64,000 nucleotides of DNA, taken from NCBI GenBank assembly GCA_963555815.3, contig CAUVWX020000001.1, positions 96,001 to 160,000 of the forward strand, in the 5' to 3' direction. This document shows positions 42,393 to 52,529 of the stretch, piece after piece; position 1 is the first letter of the stretch; each line of letters begins with the position of its first letter. This DNA comes from a bacterium (lineage in GTDB: Bacteria > UBA8248 > JACPRG01 > G963555815). The position numbers and the translations under genes were made by a program. Below the pieces are notes generated by a model that saw only the letters and a list, made by a program, of their open reading frames with translations, was not told the origin of the DNA and ran no database searches.

Positions 42393-42872
42393 ATGCTCAA
42401 CATCGCTCAGCTTCGGACGAACATCGTTAGGCCCACTCTGGAGGGGTCCGGTGCGCACAATCGCGCAGCCGAGAACCTCGTCCTTGGCACGGGGCTCCAG
42501 GAGAGCAATCTGCACTATCTTCACCAGCTGAACGATGGCCCAGCTCGCGGAATTTACCAGATGGAGCCCACTACACACGACGACATCTGGGAAGATTTTC
42601 TCGCGTTCCGGCGGGAGCTCAAAGACCGCGTCTCCGCCTTCCTGGTGCCAGGGCAGGACCGCATCGGCCAGCTCGTTTGGAACCTGGCCTATGCCACTGC
42701 CATGTGCCGTGTTCATTACCTGCGGGTACCGCAGAGACTGCCCGCACACGACGACATCCGCGGGCTCGCCGAGTACTGGAAGCAGCATTACAACACCCCG
42801 CATGGGCGCGGGACACCGGACGAGTTCGTCCAGAAATTCAAAGACCACGTGATCCGCACGGGCGATACCTAA
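42393..42872 (+). CDS. phage-type lysozyme/transglycosylase-like protein
   Basis: GTGLQES, GPARGIYQMEP, YWKQHYNT; strong RBS. Confidence 0.7.
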   Translation: MLNIAQLRTNIVRPTLEGSGAHNRAAENLVLGTGLQESNLHYLHQLNDGPARGIYQMEPTTHDDIWEDFLAFRRELKDRVSAFLVPGQDRIGQLVWNLAYATAMCRVHYLRVPQRLPAHDDIRGLAEYWKQHYNTPHGRGTPDEFVQKFKDHVIRTGDT

Positions 42873-42965
42873 GGGAAACTTCCACGCGAGTCTTTGGAGG
42901 ACAGGGTGCGATTAACCAGAACAGTGAGCTTCAGGGTGACCACAGGGCTACGGAATTGCTACAGA

Positions 42966-43026
42966 GGGACTCAAAATCCACCGGGGGGCAACCCCCGTGT
43001 GGGTTCGACTCCCACCCCCGGCACCA
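42966..43026 (+). repeat. variant 3' half of tRNA-Leu (att remnant)
   Basis: GGGACTCAAAATCCACCGGGGGGCAACCCCCGTGTGGGTTCGACTCCCACCCCCGGCACCA. Confidence 0.9.
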
Positions 43027-43427
43027 CAATTCAATGAGTTACATGTAAGTGTGAATGAAAAGCTCCCTGCGGGTGGGGTCGAGTGTGAAGAAAGTGTGAT
43101 GAACGATCTAGTCATCCTGCCCCTGAGCGGCCTCCAAGATCGCCTCCGCTTCCTCAATGGCGCCGACCTTTTCAGTCTTATCGAAAGAGCCGACCATCTG
43201 CGCCGCCTGCGCCAAGTCCTCCGGGGCTGGCTCAAGAGGGCCCGGCAGGAAGGGCTCATTTCGCCTAAAGACGAACTGCCATTTTCCAGTAAAGTGGTGC
43301 GAGTGATAGCCGGCGGGGCCGAAAGCGGCAATTTAGAACGATATCTTCGGAGGGGACCAACGGGTAGGCCGGATCGGTTTTTCCCGCGGCCGTCGGTTCC
43401 CCCCCGGATAACGCGAGGGCCGACTCC

Positions 43428-44402
43428 CTAGAAATGGTACTTCAGGCCCACGCTGATACCGAAAAACTCGATGTCCGATGTGGTCATACTCCCCGCGATC
43501 ATGGGGCCACTGGGATTTCCGTCTGCGTCCACTCTATCGTAGGGCGCATGACTTCGCAACGGGTCCCAGGCAAGGTTGTCACTGAAGGAACCGTATTTGA
43601 CCCAGCGGCCCTTGAGGCCTATCGACAACGCCTCCGTGAAAGCGTAATCCAAGCCGAACAGCACCTGGAACCCATAGATCGTGTTTTCGAGCGTGGTATG
43701 ACTAACGCTTGACGATCCGGCAAGGTTCTGAATGTATACGTCATTGTCGGCCAAGTCATTCCGTCCATCACGTCTCAGGCCGTCCCTGAGGTTGTCTTTA
43801 TTCAAAGTTCTCGTCCAGTTGCTGCTCCAGTCTGCTTCCGTAAACCCGACGCCGCCGCCAAGCCCGATATAGGGCGTGAAACGGCTCTTGTTGATGAAGT
43901 CGTAAAACAAGTTCCCGAACAGGTTGTGAGAGGTGATGCTGCCGAGGCGCTCATGAGGCCCATTATCGAATTCGCCACGATTAATCTTATCGAGGATTGT
44001 GCCCGATGCACTGTCAACCTTGATGGTCTGATCGTATTTCGATTCCCGGTAGAAGTATTCCAGTTCCGGTCGAAAACCGCGGAGGAAGCTGCTAGGATAT
44101 TGATCTGAAAGGCTATAGCCCACGGTTGCTCCGAACAGAATGCCCTCTCCGCCGTCAAAAATGGAATTCCAGCCCGGGATGAAACTGGCGGGGATCGACT
44201 GGTCATCGCACCCAGAGAGGCCGGGATTGAGGTACCCATCGCAATGGCTGGCTCCGTCGTTGGCGGCTCCTTCGAAGTCCGGCCCCTTGGTGAAGTTGCC
44301 TCCGATATCACTGCCGATATAGAAGCCTGTGTCAGCTTGCGCCAGACCCGGCGCGAATGCACCTACGGCAGCGAAAATCAAGAGTGAAGATATGCGTCTC
44401 AT
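43428..44402 (-). CDS. outer-membrane beta-barrel protein (opacity/Msp2-like)
   Basis: signal peptide, HNLFGNLFYDF, PYIGLGGG, terminal GLKYHF. Confidence 0.85.
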   Translation of the reverse strand: MRRISSLLIFAAVGAFAPGLAQADTGFYIGSDIGGNFTKGPDFEGAANDGASHCDGYLNPGLSGCDDQSIPASFIPGWNSIFDGGEGILFGATVGYSLSDQYPSSFLRGFRPELEYFYRESKYDQTIKVDSASGTILDKINRGEFDNGPHERLGSITSHNLFGNLFYDFINKSRFTPYIGLGGGVGFTEADWSSNWTRTLNKDNLRDGLRRDGRNDLADNDVYIQNLAGSSSVSHTTLENTIYGFQVLFGLDYAFTEALSIGLKGRWVKYGSFSDNLAWDPLRSHAPYDRVDADGNPSGPMIAGSMTTSDIEFFGISVGLKYHF

Positions 44403-44721
44403 CTACTGGCTTCCTCCCTTTTCACTTAGACTTACGTTAGTTAGATAGAAATCACTTACCCGCTGGGGGTAAGATAAGGCGGTCGAGCGGTGAATGTCAA
44501 CAGGAAAATGGTCATCCCCCTGAACCCATGCGCTTCAAGAAATCCTCCCTCCGGCCTGAGCGGTGGCCTTCGAGCTCCGCCCTGGTTCTGGGGCTGAACA
44601 AGGGTTCTGGGGCTGAACAAGAATTGGGGATATACCCGCCCTATGCAAATCCAACACAGCCACCTACCGAACCACTCGCTGTCTGGGTCAAGAATCTTCT
44701 GAAGTTCCAGCTGGCGGCCAG

Positions 44722-45629
44722 TCACGACGTCCTTCCCTTCGTGCGTCTCACACCGCTCACAGCTGTCGGGCTTCCTCTCCACCGCCACACGACCTCCCTC
44801 ACAGGAACCACGTCCCGGCATTGGTGGCAATACCTGTTTCCGTATTCCCTGTCATTACAAAGCAAGGTGTTGCACTCTGGGCACCTTGGGACCTCTTCAT
44901 GTTTTTCTCTCTTCTCTTTCTTCAACGGGAACCTGTCCTCCCATCGCCTCTTCTTGAGAAAGCGGCTGGCGTGTGGCCATGAAGGGAAGAATTCCCCACC
45001 TTCGTCGGCCTGTTTCTCCGCCTCTTTTCTGTGACGTATCCCTTCTCGAATATCCTCCCTAAGAGCAGCATCTGGTTTCAGTCTTTTCCATTGGTTGAAG
45101 GCTTCAAACTTGTCCTCATATCTTGGATAGCTTTTCCAAAAAGCCTCAAAATATTCAGGGTATTTTTGCCTATTCATAAAAGCTCAGTCCGTTCCTTAGA
45201 ACGGACTGAGCTTTTGACCTTGACCTTAATACCTTTATGTCTCTGACCTCTGATCTCTGATCTCTGACTGGCATTGCGTTCGCATGGTTATTTTCCCCAC
45301 CTTTCTTCTGCGGCAGCTCGCGCCTTCTCACTCCTAAAGCGTTGTTTTCAGGTCTATTGTTTAATTCTATTTTGATGCCACCGCTTCTCTTTCCCTTTGG
45401 AGAAGGGGGCGAGAATCCTTCCTCGAGACTGTTTCCAACATAGAGGGGAAAATCTGGCCCATAGACGTAGTTTTCTATCGTCCTGCGGGAGCGTCCCAGG
45501 TGGCCTATCATGGCACGCCTTACACAGCAAAAGAATGTATCCCCCGACCTCCGCCGGGGTCATGGCCTCTACCAGCGGGTCGCTTGTAAGGTCCACAACA
45601 TAGAAAGGGAACCATGGTAGCTTGGCCAT
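44722..45629 (-). pseudogene. decayed phage replication initiator (DUF1376/YdaU-like N-terminus, 'FWKSYP' C-terminal domain)
   Basis: LPWFPFYVVD...GGYILLL; in-frame stops in KQ*T*KQRFRSEKARAAA; short TCTCTGA repeats at 45240-45268. Confidence 0.7.
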
Positions 45630-45789
45630 TACCTACTCGGTTTAGGGGGGATCTATTCTCTCTATCCTCAACCATGGATACCCGATGTCTTTGGGGCCGA
45701 CGCGCCTGACAAGAGCGACAGGGCAGTCCGTAGATCACCACAACGCCCAACAGGTTGCAGAGAAAATGCGCCAGCGCGATCTGAAGGGC

Positions 45790-46000
45790 TGCGGTCTAAT
45801 TGCCGCCGGTGACCGCGTGCCATGGGTCGGGGCCACGCCTGACCCGCAGCGATGTCCGGGATTTTGGCGAGGACCATGTCGTGCCCATCGCTTCCCACGA
45901 TCACCTGCTTATGGTTCTCGGGAAGGGGTGATTCGTCCGTGGACAGGAATCGCGCGCCCAAGAGCGCATCCTCAGCGCCGAGGGCCAGCGGTCTGCCGCT
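45790..46000 (-). pseudogene. nitronate monooxygenase-like fragment
   Basis: LGARFLSTDESPLPENHKQVIVGSDGHD. Confidence 0.5.
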
Positions 46001-46206
46001 GGCTGGGAGAGATTTTTTCTGTTATATGTCTGTTATATGTTTGATAAAGCTGCTATAGGGGCGTGCATGGATAAGCTGGAGATGTTTAAAGGAAGCTCAA
46101 CTGAACAAAAAAAACGGTATCGAAGCCCATCCTTGTGCTGGGATGACGCTCGCATTGGCAGGCAACGCCGCAGCGACCCGGCGGAAAAGGCGGGGTCGCG
46201 GATCCC

Positions 46207-46760
46207 CTAAAACGAAAAGTGGTACTTCAGGTTCACGCTGACCCCGAACATTCCCATGTCGTCTGTCTTGAGCCCACCCGACACAGGTTCGCTTAAGTCT
46301 CTGCGCAGATTAGACGGGTGACTGCGCAGAAGAGCCGGGTCGACGTAGCCATCGCTGAAGGAATCGAAGTTGACCGCAGCGCCCCTTGACCCCCAGCGTG
46401 ACCGATTCGGTGAGCGCATAGTCCAACCCGAACAGCACCTGGTAGCCGAACAGCGCGTCGGAAAGCTTGGTTGCATGAGTGCCGGCGCTTCCGGCAAGGT
46501 TCCGGCGAATCTCGTCCTTGTTGGGCAGCCCGGCGCCCGTTGCAATCGCGTCGGGGTTGGGGGTTCCGCGCCCACAGATAGCCGTAGTCCATGTCGGTAA
46601 AACCCGCGCCAACGCCAAGCCCGACGTAGGGCGTGAACCGGCTGCTGTTCAGGAAGTCGAAGTACAGGTTCCCGAACAGATTGTGCGAGGTGATGCTGCC
46701 TATGCGGTCCGTGGCCGTTATGATTTCCTTGCTCAGCTTGTCGCCGCTGGCCCTGCCTGC
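46207..46760 (-). pseudogene. 5'-truncated, frameshifted outer-membrane beta-barrel paralog
   Basis: RIGSITSHNLFGNLYFDF..PYVGLG / LFGYQVLFGLDYAL / LLRSH..FGVSVNLKYHF spread over three frames. Confidence 0.85.
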
Positions 46761-47030
46761 GCCGGGCTCGGCACAAAAGCCCATGTTGCGATGACGCAAA
46801 TCAACAACAAAACGTTTCGTGCCCTCCTCCTCCACAGCGTTGACAGTTGTGGAACAGGGACGGCAATATACGTGTACACCATGACGAGTGTACATGTGTA
46901 CATGTACACTGTATAGATGGGTGCGCCATTAGGGCGCGGCCTCGCAATCGCGGGCATCCTGCCTCCGCGTTGGGAGATGGTCGGAGCTTCAGCCGCCGGA
47001 CGATCACGGCAGGAAACGATAGGGAGCGAC

Positions 47031-47537
47031 ATGTCTTTTCGAGCGAGAATCGCCGCAGCGTTGGTCGCGGCATCGGGCGTTTTGTGCGCGGCGCAGGTCG
47101 CTGGCGCAGAGGAGAGCGGCAGCTTCAGCCTCGTCGCCAGTTATGTCCACGACTACACCACGGTGGAGCATGGGGGGAAAACCTTCGTCGGCGGCTCCTT
47201 GCGTGGGACGAACACCGTTGTCGAGAGCGACGGCGGCCCGTTCGTCGCGGGCGCGATAAGCGTCACGGCGTGCGTCGTCTACGCGAGGACGTCGGATGCC
47301 GGCATGGATCTCGATGCGCCCTGCACGAACACCGATTCCTCGGGAGACAGATGGTTCTCGCTCTCGAAGAGGACCGTGGGCGACACCGCGGTCGGCGGCG
47401 GCGGCAAGGGCCGCATGGAGCTTCTGGGCGGGGCCGGCAAGTATGCCGGCGTGACCGGGAGCTGCACCTACACGACTCGTTACCTGGCGGACAACTTGGT
47501 CGCGTCCCAGAAGAACTGCACGTGGCGCAGGCCGTAA
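47031..47537 (+). CDS. exported beta-rich hypothetical protein
   Basis: signal peptide, GGAGKYAGVTGSC, four mature Cys. Confidence 0.75.
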   Translation: MSFRARIAAALVAASGVLCAAQVAGAEESGSFSLVASYVHDYTTVEHGGKTFVGGSLRGTNTVVESDGGPFVAGAISVTACVVYARTSDAGMDLDAPCTNTDSSGDRWFSLSKRTVGDTAVGGGGKGRMELLGGAGKYAGVTGSCTYTTRYLADNLVASQKNCTWRRP

Positions 47538-47580
47538 AGCGAACCGGCGGCGCTCTATCTATCAGGGAGGGGAATCCACC

Positions 47581-48486
47581 ATGGGTAGGACTGTGTCAGG
47601 ACTGATTTTCGTGCTGGCGTGGGCGCTCGCATTGGCTGGTAACGCCGCGGCTGAGCGGAAAGGTTTCTATGGGAGCCTGGATCTCGGGATCGCGATACCC
47701 GAGGATGTCGAGACCTTGGCGTCGGATTCAGACGTTCCGACGAACTGTGACCAGCACTTCAGCCCGATCACTGTCAAGGGCATTCAACTACCCTTGCCGT
47801 TGAGCGACTCTAACTGCGCTCGCGGCCAGGATATATGGCAGAACGGTTTTAATCTCGAAAACGGTATCCTGGGAGGCGTCTCTTTCGGCTATGCCTGGCG
47901 AGGGTTTCGCGGCGAAGCCGAGTACTTTCATCGCGGACACAGCGGCGAAGATTCCCCGCTCGAACTTCAGAGCGGCGGCAAGGACGATGAATTCGTTGTA
48001 GCTGGGGAAAGGATCAGCGACCTTCGCGCGCATCACTTCTTCGCCAACCTCTACTACGATTTCCAAAGCCTATGGCCCAGGGTGATACCTTACGTGGGCG
48101 CGGGCGTCGGCGCGGCGCGCGTGAAGATGAACTATTCGGCGAAATTCCAGAGAAATGCGGATCAGTCCGTGATCAGCGGACTGGGGCGACATCCCGAGGC
48201 CGCGGGCACGCTTACGTTCTCCGAGGCGGAGCTGTCCGACACCTTGTGGGCCTGGCAGTGGATGGTGGGTCTCGATTACGTGCTGACCGAACGGTTCTCC
48301 GTGGGAGTGAAAGGACGCTACGCGGCGGTTTTCGGAGGTGATTTCAAAGACGGCCACCCATGGGACCGATTGAGAAGCCACGCTTCCACGATCGGGCCGA
48401 ACGGCGACACCGTCGCCTATAACGTCGAGCTCGACAATGGGTTGGACCTCTGGGGCATTTCCTTGAACATCAAGTATTTCTTCTGA
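47581..48486 (+). CDS. outer-membrane beta-barrel protein (opacity/Msp2-like)
   Basis: signal peptide, ANLYYDF, PYVGAGVG, WDRLRSH, terminal NIKYFF. Confidence 0.85.
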   Translation: MGRTVSGLIFVLAWALALAGNAAAERKGFYGSLDLGIAIPEDVETLASDSDVPTNCDQHFSPITVKGIQLPLPLSDSNCARGQDIWQNGFNLENGILGGVSFGYAWRGFRGEAEYFHRGHSGEDSPLELQSGGKDDEFVVAGERISDLRAHHFFANLYYDFQSLWPRVIPYVGAGVGAARVKMNYSAKFQRNADQSVISGLGRHPEAAGTLTFSEAELSDTLWAWQWMVGLDYVLTERFSVGVKGRYAAVFGGDFKDGHPWDRLRSHASTIGPNGDTVAYNVELDNGLDLWGISLNIKYFF

Positions 48487-48711
48487 ACAAGAGGCCCGGT
48501 CCTCATTACATTGTCGAGTCGGGCGAGAAGCTACGTCCCGGATGTCGAGCGGAGAGTCGGGATCCGTCGCTGGGTCGTCATTCAGGCTCAAGCATGATGT
48601 GACTCAATCAACAGATCCCAGAGGGCGGGTTTGCCATGATTTCACTCTGTGTCCGACAGGCAGCATGAAGGAAGAATAGACAACCTCAGTAATCATTAAA
48701 GAAAAAGAGCC

Positions 48712-51363
48712 ATGCCCTACGAAAAAGGCTTCCTTAGAAAATGCCTGCTTACCGGATTCATCGTCTGCATACCGGCTCTTGGATGGGGCCCGGGAGTTTC
48801 GGCTGAGGAACACGAAAGCGGTTCCGCCGCCGCTCCGCACGCTCTCGAGGAAGTGGTGATTGTCGGAACCAGACTCGAGGGAAGAAGCGTTACGGATTCC
48901 CCCGTGCCGGTGGACGTTATCAGGCAGGAGGAGATTCTGAAAACAGGGCAACTCGAAGTGGGCCGGGCCATTCAGAGACTGATCCCTTCGTTCAATTTCT
49001 CAAGCTCTTCGATAAGCGACGGGACGGACGCCCTGCGCCCCGCGACGCTGAGAGGGATGGGACCGGACCAGGTGCTTGTCCTGGTGAACGGAAAGCGACG
49101 CCACGGCAGCGCGCTCATCCACGTCAACAGGTCAGTCGGACGCGGCACCGCGGGCACCGACCTGAACGCGATACCCCTCGGCGCGATCAAGCGCATAGAA
49201 GTCCTGCGGGACGGGGCCTCCGCGCAGTATGGTTCGGACGCTATCGCCGGCGTCATCAACATCATCCTCAAGGACGATGACGAGGGAGGGGTCCGCGCCT
49301 CTTATGGAACGACCTACGAGGGAGACGGCGATCATTACGTCGTAAGCCTCGACAAGGGATTCAAGATCGGAAAGGACGGGATGTTGCACGCGACTTTCGA
49401 GTATCGCGACCGGGAGCGGACCAACCGGGCGGGGCTGAGCGGCGCCATCCAGTACCCCGACACCATGACATGCAGTCTGAGCGCTTGTGAAACCTCTGAC
49501 CTTCCCAACAAGGCCGACCTTCTCGGAAACAACCCCGATAACACCACGGTCATTCTGAACGATCCAGGCGATAAAGAGAAGAATTTCAACCGTCGCAACT
49601 TCCGCATTGGGGATGCCGATTCGGAACAGTTCAGCGGCGCGCTCAACTTCGAACAACCCATCGACGCGCTCTGGAGCGGGGCCGAGCTCTATTCCTTTGC
49701 CGATGTGTCAAGGAGGAAGAACGAAAGCGGCGGCTTCTATAGAAGGGCAAACCAGGATGATCGAAACCCACCGGGCTCAAGCTACCCGGACGGATTTCTG
49801 CCGCTGATCAACACGACGATCTGGGACTTCTCGTTCGGCGCGGGCCTCATCAGAGAGTTCGGGAACGGACTCAAATCCGATCTGGGAGTGGTGCACGGAG
49901 GAAACACGTTCAATTTCGAGATCACGAACTCCCATAACGCCTCGTGGGTCAACTGCCGTCTCGAAAATCCTATTCGTATGGGAGATTGTGAGGGTTTCTC
50001 TGGCTCCGGCGTGGCGCCGACTTCCGCGGACTCAGGAAGCCTGGGCCTCTACCTCACCACCGTCAACCTAGATTTCTCCCTGCCGGTGCCGGACAAGAAC
50101 CTGAACCTGGCATGGGGCACGGAATACAGGAGAAACAACTACCGGATCGACGCCGGGGAAGAGTATTCGTATGCGGATTACGACGGGTCAGGGGGCGCAG
50201 CTCCAGGCATTCAGGTCTTTCCAGGATTCGGGCCCGCCACCGAGGTGGACGAGTCGAGGCACGCCTTTTCCTTTTACACGGACGCTGAGATGTCCTTGAA
50301 TCAGATAGGCGGTTTCGATAAGGTCATGGTCAGACCAGCAGTGCGCTATGAGCACTACAGCGACTTCGGCCATACCGTCAACGGCAAACTGGCCACGAAA
50401 CTGGATCTCTCCAGAGAATTCGCGTTGCGAGGCTCGATGAGCAGCGGGTTCCGGGCGCCTTCGATGCAGCAATTCTACTTCAGCAGCCTGAGCACCCAAT
50501 TTATCACCAGGGGGGAGCAAACGGTTGCTGAGGAGGTCGGCACATTCAGGAACAACAGCGCCGCGGCAAAAGCCATCGGCATACCCGAGCTCAAGCAGGA
50601 AACCACGATCAACCTTAGCGGCGGTTTCGTATATACGCCGTTTCCCTCCCTCACCCTCACCACGGACTTCTACCTCATTGCGGTGAAGGACAGGATCATT
50701 CTCAGCGGAACGGTGAGGAAGGAATTTCTTTCGGCCGATGTCATTACTGAACTCGATCGCGTGGGCGCCGGCGAGGGACAGTTCTTCATAAATGCGGCGG
50801 ATACCGAGACCCGGGGGCTGGATATCGTCGCCTCGTGGGACGTGCCGCCCATGCCGCGGGGAAACCTGAACCTCAGTTTTCTCGGATCTATCATGGAAAC
50901 CAAGGTCAAGTCGGTGAATCTGCCTGCGGGTCTTCCATCCGAGCTGTTTACCGCCCGGGACCGCTCCATCATCGAAGAATGGCAACCCAAGAGCCGCTTC
51001 ACGCTGTCCGGGTTGTACGAACTAGGCCAGTTCGCGGCCTCGGTGGCGGTTCACCGCTACGGCGAGTATAAGGTGACGAACGATGACGGAAACGTCAAGC
51101 AGAAGTTCGACTCCAAATACCTCACCGATGCCCAGCTCAGCTACGACTTCGGACTATTCGGGATTCTGAAGCTCGGAGCCAACAACCTGTTCGACGTCAC
51201 GCCGGACGAAGACACGATTGACGCGTCCAGGGGAGGTCGGATCATTGACCGTCAGGGCAATCTCATCGTGGACACCCCAGACGTGTTCACATACTCGCGC
51301 CGGTCCGCGCCCTTCGGTTTCAACGGCGGGTTTTACTACGTGGCCTTCGAGTACAACTTTTAG
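48712..51363 (+). CDS. TonB-dependent receptor
   Basis: TonB box EEVVIVG, plug LRGMGPDQVLVLVNGKRRH, IEVLRDGASAQYGSDAIAGVINII, terminal F. Confidence 0.96.
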   Translation: MPYEKGFLRKCLLTGFIVCIPALGWGPGVSAEEHESGSAAAPHALEEVVIVGTRLEGRSVTDSPVPVDVIRQEEILKTGQLEVGRAIQRLIPSFNFSSSSISDGTDALRPATLRGMGPDQVLVLVNGKRRHGSALIHVNRSVGRGTAGTDLNAIPLGAIKRIEVLRDGASAQYGSDAIAGVINIILKDDDEGGVRASYGTTYEGDGDHYVVSLDKGFKIGKDGMLHATFEYRDRERTNRAGLSGAIQYPDTMTCSLSACETSDLPNKADLLGNNPDNTTVILNDPGDKEKNFNRRNFRIGDADSEQFSGALNFEQPIDALWSGAELYSFADVSRRKNESGGFYRRANQDDRNPPGSSYPDGFLPLINTTIWDFSFGAGLIREFGNGLKSDLGVVHGGNTFNFEITNSHNASWVNCRLENPIRMGDCEGFSGSGVAPTSADSGSLGLYLTTVNLDFSLPVPDKNLNLAWGTEYRRNNYRIDAGEEYSYADYDGSGGAAPGIQVFPGFGPATEVDESRHAFSFYTDAEMSLNQIGGFDKVMVRPAVRYEHYSDFGHTVNGKLATKLDLSREFALRGSMSSGFRAPSMQQFYFSSLSTQFITRGEQTVAEEVGTFRNNSAAAKAIGIPELKQETTINLSGGFVYTPFPSLTLTTDFYLIAVKDRIILSGTVRKEFLSADVITELDRVGAGEGQFFINAADTETRGLDIVASWDVPPMPRGNLNLSFLGSIMETKVKSVNLPAGLPSELFTARDRSIIEEWQPKSRFTLSGLYELGQFAASVAVHRYGEYKVTNDDGNVKQKFDSKYLTDAQLSYDFGLFGILKLGANNLFDVTPDEDTIDASRGGRIIDRQGNLIVDTPDVFTYSRRSAPFGFNGGFYYVAFEYNF

Positions 51364-51562
51364 GCTGGAAGATACGGCGGTCCGTGTTGCGGGCGTTCCC
51401 GCTGTCCCAGGAGGGCGGCCGCTCGCAGTCCTAAGAGGCACATGGAAGCGAACTGCCGATCGCGCTGGCCTGCCTGCCGGTCGATTCTGGTGACACCATC
51501 CTCAATGAATGATTTTCGGATTGCTGCGCCCCCTGCTGAAACCATGCAGGGGCAGGCTCTCG

Positions 51563-51589
51563 GTCATTCCTGCGCAAGCAGGAATCCAG
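51563..51589. repeat. REP-like hairpin
   Basis: GTCATTCCTGCGCAAGCAGGAATCCAG directly upstream of a RAYT remnant. Confidence 0.7.
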
Positions 51590-51600
51590 AGCGTCCGTGC

Positions 51601-51945
51601 ATGGCAAGGATCGCACGGGTCGTGGCGCCAGGGTTCCCCCCTGTCTGCGTACGGCCTGTCTGCCGGCCAGGCAGGCGCACAGGCAGGCATCACGTCACGC
51701 AGCAAGGCATCTCTCAGGCAGGGGCAACGACCTGGTGAAGTTCATGCCCCTGCTTGCAAGGGTCTGGAACTGGAGGGACTTTCTTCTGGGTGACGTATCC
51801 TGAGGAAGAGACCCAGAGAATACGACGTCTTGGGAGGACAGGAAGACCCTTGGGAGATAACGGTTTGGTTGGAAAGCTTAGAGGAGGCATTGGGCCGTAT
51901 CCTGCAAAGGCGGAAACCGGGACAAAAAAGGCATCAGCACAGATA
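51601..51945 (+). pseudogene. internally deleted REP-associated tyrosine (Y1) transposase
   Basis: MARIARVVAPGFP..HHVTQ N-terminus and RTGRPLG..EALGRILQRRKPG C-terminus; HUH core missing. Confidence 0.75.
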
Positions 51946-52529
51946 AGGAGGGGGTCCCCTGGATTCCGTTTGGTGGCCTGGAGATGCCTTGAGTTGCCAG
52001 AAATTGCCGCGGGGAAAATTCCGAAGATATTCCGGAACGCGTTTCGGAAAATGTTTCCCGGAATCAAAACGCTGCTAATCTATCGAGTTAGCGATGTTTC
52101 ATCTGGTTGCAGGGGCGGGAATCCAGGTCTCGTAGTCGGGGTGAGGGAATGACGACTGGGGGCAGGCGTCCATTGGGACGAGCGTCCCCTTTGGCCAGAG
52201 TCTCGAACTCCGTTCTCCTGATGTTAGAGGGAAGGACGACTCCAAAGACAAGGTCTCGCACATAATAGGGTACGAAACAAACCCAAAGCCGGAAAGACCA
52301 CTAAATCATGGAGTAACAGAGGGTTGGCCATTGTAGTCTTCGCGAGTCAATACGCGGGGTCGAACTGGGTCCAAGTCTTCGGTGCTCTATCCTGATCGAC
52401 TTTAATAGAGATTTCGTTTGTGTTACGATACAGCGAAGGTTTTCGCTGCGAAGGTGGTTTTATGCCCTTGGACGGACGGTTCGATCACGGGGCGTAGGCA
52501 TGTCAAGACCAACAACGGGGGAGGCTATC

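Noticed and set aside
42257..43026. Additional functional tRNA genes
   Set aside because: Both lack the 5' acceptor strand and D-arm.
44722..45629. Intact prophage
   Set aside because: Only a decayed replication gene; no capsid, terminase or tail genes in the window.
48490..48711. Cobalamin riboswitch upstream of the TonB receptor
   Set aside because: No B12-box or other conserved riboswitch core is visible; only a weak CRP/FNR-like motif.
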